Assembly (NCBI GenBank): GCA_020184695.1
Contig: JAANOX010000088.1
Coordinates: forward strand, 1 to 64,000
DNA: 64,000 nt
Source: Histomonas meleagridis 2922-C6/04-290x
Taxonomy: Eukaryota; Protista; Parabasalia
Direction: 5' to 3'
Both the position numbers and the translations under genes were made by a program. The notes below the pieces were generated by a model. That model was not told the origin of the DNA. It did not search any database and was given only the letters and a program-made list of their open reading frames with translations. Of the stretch, positions 44,257 through 54,872 are shown piece after piece; position 1 is the first letter of the stretch, and every line of letters starts with the position of its first letter.

Positions 44257-45228
44257 ATGCCATTTCAAAACGAAATGGATCCTTTCGACGAACCAAATGA
44301 CCCCGCACAAAAAACTTATATTGACGAGTCTGACAATGTGAGAAAGTTATTTTTTTTTGCTAAGCTTGGTCAAACAGATCAATCAATTGTTTATTCTGCA
44401 CTTGATCAAGATGTTAATCCTAACAGAAAAGTAGCTATCAAAATAACTAAAAATACCGGAGGTATTTCTGGCGCTATGTTTGATAATGCATGTGCAGCAT
44501 TATCTTCGTGCGATAGCAAATACGTAGTAAAATTTTATGGTAAAATTTTTTCCAATGATAGAATGTTTGTGGGCATGGTAATGGAATACATGGAAAGCGA
44601 CCTTTATAAATTTATTGAAAACCCGCAAAATATTCTAAATGAAATACAACTTCGCCAAATAATGGGGCAAATTCTTTGTGGCCTCAAATATATTCATTCT
44701 ATTGGTATATTACATCCAGACCTTCACCCGTCAAACATTTTGATAACAATGGATCCACATGGATATCCGCATGTTCGTTTAACAGGCTTTTCTTATGCGG
44801 CCAAATTACCACCACAAGGCCTGATTCAAAGACAATTCGGGAATCCTATATTTTGGTCACCTGAAATTATTTTAAATCAGCCATTTTCTTTTTCTGCCAA
44901 CATTTGGTCTGCTGGACTTGTCATGTACTACATCATTAAAAGGCTCATACCATTTGATCCGTCGCGTACAGATTTAATGTTTACACAAATTCTGAATTTC
45001 AACCAAATGTCATTAGAGGGCATTGGCCTTTCACAGCTACAAAAAAGTTTGATACTAGGTATGATGCGTCGGGAACCATCTGAAAGGTTTACAGTGAATG
45101 ATTGTCTCAATCATGAATGGCTTGCAGGATTTCTCACCAAAGAAAATTCAAATTCACCATTGCTCATGAATACTCTTTATGTTGTATTGGATGGTTGTGA
45201 ATATGATCAAGATATCTGTCAATCTTGA
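44257..45228 (+). CDS. Protein kinase-fold protein (CAMK-like), probable pseudokinase
   Basis: VAIK retained; HRD loop reads HPDLHPSN; DFG replaced by TGF; WSPE, IWSAG and RFTVNDCLNHEW present. Likely ATG at 44257. Confidence 0.85.
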   Translation: MPFQNEMDPFDEPNDPAQKTYIDESDNVRKLFFFAKLGQTDQSIVYSALDQDVNPNRKVAIKITKNTGGISGAMFDNACAALSSCDSKYVVKFYGKIFSNDRMFVGMVMEYMESDLYKFIENPQNILNEIQLRQIMGQILCGLKYIHSIGILHPDLHPSNILITMDPHGYPHVRLTGFSYAAKLPPQGLIQRQFGNPIFWSPEIILNQPFSFSANIWSAGLVMYYIIKRLIPFDPSRTDLMFTQILNFNQMSLEGIGLSQLQKSLILGMMRREPSERFTVNDCLNHEWLAGFLTKENSNSPLLMNTLYVVLDGCEYDQDICQS

Positions 45229-45446
45229 AATACAATCAGGATGTAAATTCTTATGTATAAATTTTTTTTCGGGGTGTGTGTGTATTGAGGATCTAAATAG
45301 TGTTTAAATCGATAAAGTTCGTACAATTTACTAAAAAAGAAAAAATCAATTTTAAAATAGTAAACCTGCAACTATAAGAACGTTTAGTTTTTGTGCATTA
45401 ATTGAAAAGTTTATGTTTTACAATTCATCTTCATTAGGGAAAAAGA

Positions 45447-46724
45447 ATGATTGACTCAACAGAAGAAAATACACAAAATGAAGTTGAAGACATGTCAAGA
45501 CTTTCCACACAGGAAATTTTAAAACTTCAAGAAATAAAAACTATACCTGAATCATCATTTCAATTGATGATTCGTCCAGTACTAACTTCACCAGCAATCA
45601 AATCTCAAAATACACTGGGAATTGAAATTCGAGTTCAAAGATCTGAAAAGCAAGATTTCAATACAAAAATTCCTCCTTCGATTATTCTGAAAAATAAAAA
45701 TGATCCCTCATCTTGGTACCAGCTTCAAAATTATGAATACAATTCATTTTTGCTTAAAGTCAAGTTCAACATGATGGTTTGGGATCATACTGCATTTTTT
45801 TCAGCTCCAGCTCTTTTTCTTATTGAATGCAAAAACGTACTTGTTGTAGCTCTATCTGATGATACTATTCATTTTATTGACACTGAATTAGGTTGTTGTT
45901 GTTTTCCGCCAATTTTGATTGGGGAAAAAATCAAATACTTCAGCAGCTATAGTGAACTTATTACATGTATTACACATTCAAACAGGCTTTTTATTTGGCA
46001 AATAACTCCACCAAATAGAGTTGATGCTATTCTTATTGTACAATATTTTGGTGAGCTCCCCAACATTAAGAACGTCAGACTAACAAATGAAATTGTTGAT
46101 CAGTCAGTTTCTCCGATCATTGAAACAAATGAATTTTCCATTCGTTATTCTCAAACGAGATGTGGATGGGTATCGTACTCTCAAAAAGTTCCCGATATTT
46201 TTAACAAAAAGTTTGAAACCGAAACGATAGCTGATGTTGAAACTCAATTTTCGAATTCTCTTCTTCTGCATGAAGAAAAAACTTTTTATCAATCTTTTCA
46301 ACAACTTGTTCGATGTTACCTATACGAAGCCAACAAATCGCACGTCATTGTTCTTATTCATGAACTTATGAGTCATATGGCAAAAGGAGTTGAACAATAC
46401 TGTGGAATTAACGCGAGAGAACTTCTCGAATCCACACTCTCAATCATAAGTGAGACAGATCCAAACCTTACAGAGAAAATTAAAGCGGATGAATTGTATC
46501 AGATAGCAATAAATCCTCCTGTTAAAGAAAATCAAATTGGCATTAAAAACACTTCAAGTGTAATAAACTCAAGCACTCAACAGCCAATCACAAGTTCGAT
46601 GCAAAAGATTTATTTCCAACAAGCAAACACTTCACCGCAAACAGAAAACAATGAAATTGAACAAAATAAAAATGCGCACCAAAAACAGCCGACGCTCAAA
46701 GACTTCCTCAGCTACATGGAGTGA
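45447..46724 (+). CDS. HIRA C-terminal-domain-like protein lacking WD40 repeats
   Basis: VLVVALSDDTIHFIDTELGCCCFPPILIG...LITCITHSNRLFIWQI and ETIADVETQFSNSLLL resemble the Hira/TUP1-like domain pattern (LLPPLVL..., TLAHLENQL..AL). Confidence 0.55.
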   Translation: MIDSTEENTQNEVEDMSRLSTQEILKLQEIKTIPESSFQLMIRPVLTSPAIKSQNTLGIEIRVQRSEKQDFNTKIPPSIILKNKNDPSSWYQLQNYEYNSFLLKVKFNMMVWDHTAFFSAPALFLIECKNVLVVALSDDTIHFIDTELGCCCFPPILIGEKIKYFSSYSELITCITHSNRLFIWQITPPNRVDAILIVQYFGELPNIKNVRLTNEIVDQSVSPIIETNEFSIRYSQTRCGWVSYSQKVPDIFNKKFETETIADVETQFSNSLLLHEEKTFYQSFQQLVRCYLYEANKSHVIVLIHELMSHMAKGVEQYCGINARELLESTLSIISETDPNLTEKIKADELYQIAINPPVKENQIGIKNTSSVINSSTQQPITSSMQKIYFQQANTSPQTENNEIEQNKNAHQKQPTLKDFLSYME

Positions 46725-46801
46725 CAGTGTAATTATTGTAAAACAAATTTTGATAACTTTTTGAAATAATTATTTTGGAGTTATTTTACTTAAGTACGGA
46801 T

Positions 46802-49800
46802 TTACATTTCTCCAATCGGAGCTGTAAACTCACTAAATCCAGCCTTGGATGACCTCTTCTTACGAAGAACTACGATAACAACAACAACAACTATTACGAT
46901 GACTACAAGTGGAATACAAACTCCAAGAACAATTTTCATTGTAGTTGATAATCCGCTCTTTTTAGGTGCTGGACATGTTGTAGTAAGTCCAACAACTGCA
47001 TTCATTCCGCAGAATGTTGTGTAGTTATATATTGTATCGACATATGTTGTGTTTGTGGATATATTTACAAACGAAGAATTGCAGTATTGTGGCTGTTCTG
47101 AACCTGGGTAATAGATACATTCGAGTGATGAACATTCAAAGAATGCATATTCACCAATTTCACGAATACCATTGCCAAACATAACTGTGACTAAGGATAT
47201 ACAGTGATCAAATGCATGATAACCAATGACTTCGGTTGCATTTGGTAATTCGATTGATTTTAATAAATCACATGCTTCAAATGCATTTTGACCAATAGTT
47301 TTAAGTGCGCTACTAAATATGATACCTGTTAACTTATGGCACCCACTGAAGGTATGCATATGAATAGTTTCAATAGCTGAAAGAGAAAGATTTACGAATT
47401 CAACTTGTGAACCTGAGAAAGAATTAGCAGATATTGTTATAAGTGTTAATGGTGGAGTATATGTACCATTTTTATTAAGTGGATAGGCCTTTAATGTTAG
47501 ATGTTGCTTATCGTATAATACCCCATCGTTTTCATAATTTGCAAATTTATTGTTTTCTGGATCAACTTCAATTGCATTTAATTTATAGCAATTAGAAAAC
47601 GGATTCTCTCCAATAGATTCAACTGATTTTGAAATAGAAATCTTTGTAAGGTTTATACACTCAGAAAATACATAATTTCCAATTGTTGTTAAAGATTTTG
47701 GTACGTCAAATGTTACGAATGAAATACAACCACTAAATGCACCTTCTTCAAAAGATGTGACGGATGCAGGTATCTGAATACTTGCGATCTTTTCACATCG
47801 AGCAAATGCATAATTACCAATTGTTGTGATTTCACAGCCTTCTTTGAAAGTAACTGTTGACAAACTTCCATCATAATGAAAAGTATAAGAAGAAATAATT
47901 TGAACTTTTGCAGGAATTGTAATGGATGTTAATTTAGAGCAATGTTGAAATGCACCACTTCCAATTGATATTACATTGTCACCAAGTGTAATCGCTTCCA
48001 AGCTTGAGCAGTTAGAAAATGCATAATTACCAATTTGAGTAATTATTTGTGGAACATCCATTTTTGCAATAGCGGAACAGGCTTCAAATGCATATGATCC
48101 AATTGAAGTTACATTAACACCAAATGTTATTTGATTTAATGAAGTACATCTCGAAAATGCACCATTTGGAATTTCATTAATCATCTTACCAATTTTAGCA
48201 GTTGTCAAACTTGTGCAACCAGCATAGACATAAGAACCGAGTTGAGTTACAGTATCTGAAATTTCTACATTGGTAATTGAAGCACAGTTACTGAAGGCAT
48301 ATGCACCTATTGAATTTACTTTTTGAGGTATTGTAATCTTTGAAAGTACAGGGCAATCAGAGAAAGCACCATTAGAAATTGTAGTTACATCAGTTCCCAT
48401 TGAAACTTCAGCTAATTTTGCACATCCACCAAATGCATATGCTTCAATTATTGTTACAAGATTTGGAATTGCAATTTTTTCTAAGTTAGAACACATGTTG
48501 AATGCATAACTGCCAATTTCTTTGACTGTTTCAGCAATAGGAAATGTTGAAAATGAGCAATTGCAAAATGCATAAATACCAATTCTTACAAGCTTTCCTT
48601 CAGCAACAACTGTTTGAAGAGAATAGCAATTACGGAATGCAAAATCACTAATTGCGGTAATTGTATCTGGTAAAGTGCATTTGGTCATTTTTTCGCAATT
48701 TTCATAAATGTGCGTTCCAATTGTTGTAGTTCCCTTTGGAATTGAAGCCTCTGTTAAAGCAATGCAATAATAAAATGCATAATCAGAAATAGTTGTGATC
48801 TTTTCGCCATAAGTCAATGTTGTTAAGCTTTGGCAATATTCAAATGCATGACTTCCAACACTTGATACATCTTTTGGAACATCAACCTTTTGAATTGCTG
48901 AACAATTTGAAAATGCATATTGACCAATTGATTTGAGGTTAGTACCAAGGCTAGTATCTGTTAAACTTATGCACTTCGCAAATGCATAATCAGATATTGT
49001 TGTTAAACCAGTTCCAATTTTGACTGATTTAATAGAAGTGCAAGATTCAAATACATGAGATCCAATAGTAGATACTGAGTCAGGAAGTTCAACACTTGGG
49101 AGTTTAGAGCATTCAGCAAAACCATGCTCTCCAATGGTTTGAATTTTAGTTGGAAATACTAAAGTATCAATTTCTACAGCGCCGTGAAATGCATATTGAC
49201 CAATTCTAAGGAGTTCTTTACCGAAGTTAACTTTTTGCAAACCAGTATACTCGAAAGCATTTTCTTTAATATCGGTGATTGTATCAGTGAAATCGAAAGC
49301 TGTTAATGGCTTGCAATAACAAAATGCATGGCTTTCAATTGTTTTAACCTTAATTGCACCATTTGCTGTTTGCAAATAACTTTGATTATAAAATGAATAT
49401 TCTCCAATAGTAGTTATAGAGTCAATAATTTTGAATGTTGTTCTTGGGTTTGCCATTGGATAATACATAATGGTATCCAAAGTAGTTCCTGTCTTCTTAT
49501 AAAGAACACCATCATTTTCATTATTAGAATATACTGTGTTTTCTGCTTCTACTTTAACAACTTCAAGACTATAACACTTCCAAAATACATTGTATGATTC
49601 TATGCTAGTAACTGATTTTGGTATTGTTATGTTATTAATTGATGTACATTCTTCGAATGCATGTTGTTTGATTGTGGTAACTGTCTTACCAAGTAAAACA
49701 GTGAAAAGTCTGTAACAATTTGCAAATGCATATTGACCAATTGTTGTAACTTTATCTCCAAAGTAAGCAGATACAAGATTTACGCAATATTGAAATGCAT

Positions 49801-50782
49801 AATCTCCAATTGTTTCTACACTTTCTGCAAATGTAACAGAAGGTAATGTCCGACAATTATAAAATGCATTGTTGCCAATTTCCTTTACGTTCTTACCTAA
49901 GTTGATGGTTGTTAAATTTCTACAGTTCTCAAATGCATTACTAGAAATTGTTACTATGGAATCGGGCATTGAAATATTGGACATTGAGTAGCAATAGGAA
50001 AATGCAGAATCACCAATATTAGTCATTTTTGATGGAAGTTTAACATCCATTAAGCTAGAGCAAAATTTGAAAGTACTTGATTTGACTTCAGTAATTGACT
50101 CAGGAATTGTGATATGCTCAATTTTAGTGCATTCATAAAAAGCAGATTCACCAATTTCTGTTACAGAAGTTGGAATAGTTACATTTGATAAATTACGGCA
50201 TGAATAAAAGCAAGAAGCACCAATTTTTTCAACAGTTGTTGGAAAAGCAAATTCAGCCAATGAATGACAATTTGAAAGTGCATAGGCTCCAAACTCTTTT
50301 ATTTCGCCTTGATAAATAAGTTTTTGAAGATCATAACAACCGCTGAAAGCATGATCATCTATGACTGAAATATCTTTACCAAGTGTACACGTTACCAAAT
50401 TTGAACCTGCATAACCAGTAATAGTTTTGATAAGAGTTTTCTTTGTATATATTGTGAGATTTTTAATGTTGGTACTGCTAAAACAATAAGAATCAAGCGA
50501 TTCGACATTCTGGCCAATTATAACTGATGTTAAATTACGGCAATATTCAAATGATTGGTAACCAATTGAAGTTACTGTGTTACCAATATCCACTGATTCA
50601 AGTATATCCCAAGATCTAAAAGCATTTCTTTCAATTGTTTGAACAGGAGACTGAATGATTAAATGCTTAGTCGTTTCTTTGTAGTCATCATATTGACCTG
50701 CTTCTATAGAAGTACCACTGTTAATAACTAAGGTATCACCAGCGCATAGAGTAAACGCAAGCAATGATAAAAAAGCAAGCAT
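46802..50782 (-). CDS. Intact BspA-like TpLRR surface protein (signal peptide, ~45-50 LRRs, TM helix, short tail)
   Basis: MLAFLSLLAFTLCA leader; regular 23-aa ITIPxxVTxIGxYAFxxC repeats; TM IVLGVCIPLVVIVIVVVVVIVVL followed by RKKR. Confidence 0.95.
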   Translation of the reverse strand: MLAFLSLLAFTLCAGDTLVINSGTSIEAGQYDDYKETTKHLIIQSPVQTIERNAFRSWDILESVDIGNTVTSIGYQSFEYCRNLTSVIIGQNVESLDSYCFSSTNIKNLTIYTKKTLIKTITGYAGSNLVTCTLGKDISVIDDHAFSGCYDLQKLIYQGEIKEFGAYALSNCHSLAEFAFPTTVEKIGASCFYSCRNLSNVTIPTSVTEIGESAFYECTKIEHITIPESITEVKSSTFKFCSSLMDVKLPSKMTNIGDSAFSYCYSMSNISMPDSIVTISSNAFENCRNLTTINLGKNVKEIGNNAFYNCRTLPSVTFAESVETIGDYAFQYCVNLVSAYFGDKVTTIGQYAFANCYRLFTVLLGKTVTTIKQHAFEECTSINNITIPKSVTSIESYNVFWKCYSLEVVKVEAENTVYSNNENDGVLYKKTGTTLDTIMYYPMANPRTTFKIIDSITTIGEYSFYNQSYLQTANGAIKVKTIESHAFCYCKPLTAFDFTDTITDIKENAFEYTGLQKVNFGKELLRIGQYAFHGAVEIDTLVFPTKIQTIGEHGFAECSKLPSVELPDSVSTIGSHVFESCTSIKSVKIGTGLTTISDYAFAKCISLTDTSLGTNLKSIGQYAFSNCSAIQKVDVPKDVSSVGSHAFEYCQSLTTLTYGEKITTISDYAFYYCIALTEASIPKGTTTIGTHIYENCEKMTKCTLPDTITAISDFAFRNCYSLQTVVAEGKLVRIGIYAFCNCSFSTFPIAETVKEIGSYAFNMCSNLEKIAIPNLVTIIEAYAFGGCAKLAEVSMGTDVTTISNGAFSDCPVLSKITIPQKVNSIGAYAFSNCASITNVEISDTVTQLGSYVYAGCTSLTTAKIGKMINEIPNGAFSRCTSLNQITFGVNVTSIGSYAFEACSAIAKMDVPQIITQIGNYAFSNCSSLEAITLGDNVISIGSGAFQHCSKLTSITIPAKVQIISSYTFHYDGSLSTVTFKEGCEITTIGNYAFARCEKIASIQIPASVTSFEEGAFSGCISFVTFDVPKSLTTIGNYVFSECINLTKISISKSVESIGENPFSNCYKLNAIEVDPENNKFANYENDGVLYDKQHLTLKAYPLNKNGTYTPPLTLITISANSFSGSQVEFVNLSLSAIETIHMHTFSGCHKLTGIIFSSALKTIGQNAFEACDLLKSIELPNATEVIGYHAFDHCISLVTVMFGNGIREIGEYAFFECSSLECIYYPGSEQPQYCNSSFVNISTNTTYVDTIYNYTTFCGMNAVVGLTTTCPAPKKSGLSTTMKIVLGVCIPLVVIVIVVVVVIVVLRKKRSSKAGFSEFTAPIGEM

Positions 50783-52000
50783 TTAGCAATGTGGCCCAAA
50801 TTAATTGAGAGCGCACACAAATTTGTATTATTTTTTCCTGTGAATATTCACATCCTTTCAAAATTTGTTTTGCCATTGCTCTTGTGATTCACATGATCAT
50901 TCAAATCAAAATCTTTATAAAGATTGTAAAACTCAATTATTGATTTAATTAGATAAAATCGAGACATATATCAGACAAAAATATAATAGAGAAAAATGTA
51001 TGAATTAGAATTTAAGTTATGGTAGCAGATATCTTTTTTTCATTTGTCGATTTTGCTCCATGGAAATCCTATCGGAGATTATCTTACTGGCATTTTGTCA
51101 ATAAATACAATGGGAGTTGAAAAATTCTGAGAGGGGTTAAAATATAGTGTGAGGTGATTCAAAAAATAAGGCTATTGTGGTTTCGATCGGCGTAGCAAAC
51201 TATATTAACTTAATCTATTGAAACTGACTTTTTGAATAATATTATTCTTGCGAAAGTGTATCTTACACGTTTTTCACTCGATAAAATTGAGATAAACTAG
51301 AATTCACAAGCAATACAAAAATAATTATAAAAAATTCACTTGGTATTTGATTTTGTCGCGATATCATTTGTTAAATATCGTATTTTGGCAAATTGATGAT
51401 TTTCGAATATCTCAAAAATGTTACTATCACTTACTATTATATAACTCATTCTTATATTTAGGGTTTTTTTTGTGAGTATTGTTCACTCATATCATAACTC
51501 AATATTTTTAGCTTGATGAATTTGCTCTCAATTTATTTGTAAAGGATCAAAATTTGATAACCTAATTCATGAATCAATGAATTTAAAAAGTTGTTTTTTC
51601 TGTTTTGTTGTGTCTAATAATGAACAAATTGTTTCGGCTATTATTATAATTACATAATTTGTCAAATAAGAAATTTTTCAAAAACGAATTTCTGTATTTT
51701 TGCTTTGACCATTAGATATTGAAAATCGTGGATAATATAAAAATAGAAAAACTAAATTACAAAAATTGATATAAAAAAGTATTAAGTAACATGAGTTTCA
51801 TACATATATTGAATTTTAACTTCTATATTTAATTTTGAAGCAAAAAAGTATAATTGAAAAATTTTGATACATATCATAAAAAAGAAAGATAACATAATTT
51901 AATAATATTATTTTAATTAACTATGATATATAGGATAATTTAATTGAATCTCTTGAAATTTAATTCAGAGGAAAATGAAAAACATTAATTTTTTGATTCG

Positions 52001-52086
52001 AAACGACCGTTTATTTAACAACGCACTGACAAAAGTGCTTGTCGGTTATCGTTTCATGTAACGTTCGCTGCGGTTTTAAACCGTTT
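52001..52086 (+). promoter_or_regulatory. Cluster of Myb-recognition-like sites upstream of PP1
   Basis: AAACGACCGTTT, CGGTTATCGTT, GTAACGTT and CGGTTTTAAACCG all lie within 90 bp before the ATG, in otherwise CpG-poor DNA. Confidence 0.5.
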
Positions 52087-52091
52087 TCTGA

Positions 52092-53048
52092 ATGAAGAGA
52101 AACAAGCAATCAGTGGATGAAATAACTAAAAAGCTTACATCACTCAAAGAACGTGCTGCGGGAAAAGGATGTGATCTGAGCGATGATCAAATGACATTTC
52201 TTTGCCAAAATGTCAGATCAGTTTTTCTTCATCAGCCAATCCTTCTTGAACTATCTACACCCATAACTATCTGTGGTGACATTCATGGGCAGTTTTATGA
52301 TCTACTTAGGATTTTTGAAATTGCTCATTTTCCACCAACAACAAATTATCTTTTTTTAGGGGATTATGTTGATAGAGGTCCACATAACATCGAAACTATA
52401 TGTCTACTGTTTGCCTACAAGATTAAATATCCAAAGAACTTTTTTCTTTTAAGAGGGAATCATGAAAGTTCTTCAGTAAATCGTCTTTATGGTTTCTATG
52501 AAGAACTTAGCAAGCGTGGGAAAGGGTCTTTTTGGCGTATGTTCAATGATGTATTTAATTGCATGCCATTAGCAGCGATTATAGACGATAAAATTTTTTG
52601 TGTTCATGGAGGCCTTTCACCTGATTTGCGTTCTCTAGACAATATTAGGAGCATTCCACGACCAGTAGAAGTTGGTCAATCTGGACTCATCTGTGATTTG
52701 TTGTGGAGCGATCCAAACCCGAATCAAACAGCTGATTGGCAGCCAAATCAAAGGGGAACCTCATTCTCATTCAGTAGTAAACCGGTCGAAAAGTTCCTCA
52801 AAAAAAATGGGTTCGATTTAATTTGCAGAGCCCACGAAGCCATTTTGGATGGATATAATTTCCCATTCAAGAATAACACAGGAATTGTAACAATATTTTC
52901 AGCGCCACATTGTTGTCCAGAGTTTTATAATAGAGGCGCAATACTTCATGTGGATGAAAAGCTTCTATGTACTTTCGCTGTGATGGAGCCTGTCAAATGG
53001 AAAGAAAACAAGGAAAAAATGAAGGATATAGAATCAACAGATTTGTAA
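52092..53048 (+). CDS. Ser/Thr protein phosphatase, PP1-like catalytic subunit
   Basis: GDIHGQ, GDYVDRG, LRGNHE, HGGLSP, DLLWSDP and RAHE motifs. Confidence 0.95.
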   Translation: MKRNKQSVDEITKKLTSLKERAAGKGCDLSDDQMTFLCQNVRSVFLHQPILLELSTPITICGDIHGQFYDLLRIFEIAHFPPTTNYLFLGDYVDRGPHNIETICLLFAYKIKYPKNFFLLRGNHESSSVNRLYGFYEELSKRGKGSFWRMFNDVFNCMPLAAIIDDKIFCVHGGLSPDLRSLDNIRSIPRPVEVGQSGLICDLLWSDPNPNQTADWQPNQRGTSFSFSSKPVEKFLKKNGFDLICRAHEAILDGYNFPFKNNTGIVTIFSAPHCCPEFYNRGAILHVDEKLLCTFAVMEPVKWKENKEKMKDIESTDL

Positions 53049-53200
53049 ATAATATAAAAATATATTTGTGTTATTTATGTTTTTTTAAAGTTAAAAGTAT
53101 TTCTGATTTTTTAGTAATGTGTTTTTTTTATTGAAACATTTTTCTACTTTGTCTTCAGTGCCACTTTTTATATATAAATTGATCGGCAAATAAAGTTATC

Positions 53201-54304
53201 ATGGCTACCAAAAAGAAATTTTATTTATTTTTGGCAGCACTTATGATTAGGTTATGCGTATTAAAGGTAGGTGAAGTTTTGGATCGAACGCCAGGACTTC
53301 ATTATACTGATATAGATTATGGTGTTTTTTCAGATGGTGCTGACCTAATTGTAGCTGGAAAATCTCCATATGACCGTGCTACATATCGCTATTCTCCTTT
53401 ACTTTCACTGATGCTAACACCCAATTCTATGTTCGGAAAACAATTTGGAAAGTTACTTTTTATTTTATTTGATTCATTAACAGGTTTTTTGATTCACCAA
53501 ATGACTCCTGACATTTCCAAAGGTCAAATGATTCTCTCATATATATTATGGGATTTTAATCCTTTTGTAATCAACATCAGCACACGTGGTAATTCTGATT
53601 CTATTACATGTTTTCTTCTAGTTTTTACACTATTTCTTCTTCGTAACAATCATATTATTTTATGTGCAATCATCTATGGTATATCAGTTCACATGCGCTT
53701 ATTTCCCATATTTTTTGTCTTCACATTTTTTGTATTTCTAAAGAAAAAAGTTTTTGTTTTTGGAATTATCTCATTCGCCACTTTCATGGCACTTAATTTT
53801 ATTTTTTACTATCAATATGGCGATGAATTTCTTTCCGAAACTTTTCTTTATCACTTAAGCCGTACTGATTATAAGCATAATTTTGCTGCTCCATGGCTTT
53901 CTAATTATTTAGGCAAAGATCCTACGAAAACGTGGTCACTTTGTCGAATCATTTTAATCATTATAATTTCTCTTTCATTAGGAAACGAAATAGAAAAGTG
54001 TTGGACACTTATAATATTATGTTTCATAGGGTTTAACACTGTTTGTACTGTGCAATATTTCGATTGGAGTTTCGCATTGTTGGCATTGATACCTAACTAT
54101 GTGATGAACAAAAGATTTTTGTTTTCTGTGATCTTTTGGACTATTGCACATGTCGCTTGGCTCCTGACAGCATATTTACTTGAGTTTAGAGGTAAAAATG
54201 TGTTTGTGCCATTGTGGGTGCTGTCGATGATAGTGTTCGCAGGTAATAACTCATTGATATTGGCATTGCTGAAAAGCAAAAATGAAAAAGAAAAAGAAAA
54301 TTAA
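53201..54304 (+). CDS. PIGM: GPI mannosyltransferase 1 (PIG-M/Gpi14 family)
   Basis: YTDIDYGVFSDGA, SPYDRATYRYSPLL, NPFVINISTRGNSDS, YLYH-type FLYHLSRTDYKHNF and TVQYF motifs; multi-TM; C-terminal KxKxx ER signal. Confidence 0.9.
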   Translation: MATKKKFYLFLAALMIRLCVLKVGEVLDRTPGLHYTDIDYGVFSDGADLIVAGKSPYDRATYRYSPLLSLMLTPNSMFGKQFGKLLFILFDSLTGFLIHQMTPDISKGQMILSYILWDFNPFVINISTRGNSDSITCFLLVFTLFLLRNNHIILCAIIYGISVHMRLFPIFFVFTFFVFLKKKVFVFGIISFATFMALNFIFYYQYGDEFLSETFLYHLSRTDYKHNFAAPWLSNYLGKDPTKTWSLCRIILIIIISLSLGNEIEKCWTLIILCFIGFNTVCTVQYFDWSFALLALIPNYVMNKRFLFSVIFWTIAHVAWLLTAYLLEFRGKNVFVPLWVLSMIVFAGNNSLILALLKSKNEKEKEN

Positions 54305-54872
54305 AAATATCTTTGTTCGTATTACAATAAAACTTATTAATGTTTTCCACATTTTTTATATTTTTATATAATTTTTATATGTTTTATTTTGTGTTTAATT
54401 AACTGTAATCATATAACTTAAAAAATCATCTTTATCGATGTATTTGGTTATGAACAATAATTTGCTCAAAACATATGCATTTATGAAACAATGCATAATT
54501 TTTTCTCAATTCGCATTTAATTCAGTTTGAACATGTGATAAAAAATAGAAACATTATATCTTTTACAATATTAATAAACTATTTATAAATTCAAAAAACA
54601 AAATTTAAATAATGACTTCATATAATAACCTACCACACAAGATCCATCATGAAATAAATTGATAAACAAATGGTTAGTTTGAAATTAAAAAGTACTCAAT
54701 AAAATCTTTAGGATTTTTCATTAAGTACTTATTTGATATATCAACTTTAATATAATCATAAATGAATATATAAAAATATTTTAAATCCTGTATTTTTACT
54801 TGCATAATGTAACGGTTATAAAAATTAGTGAACGTTAAACCAATTTTTAATAGAACAGTTTGCTCACTTCAT

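Noticed and set aside
45579-45600. ACTAAC…CAG as a possible spliceosomal intron 3' end
   Set aside because: Spacing does not match the trichomonad ACTAACACACAG motif, and the ORF is continuous without splicing.
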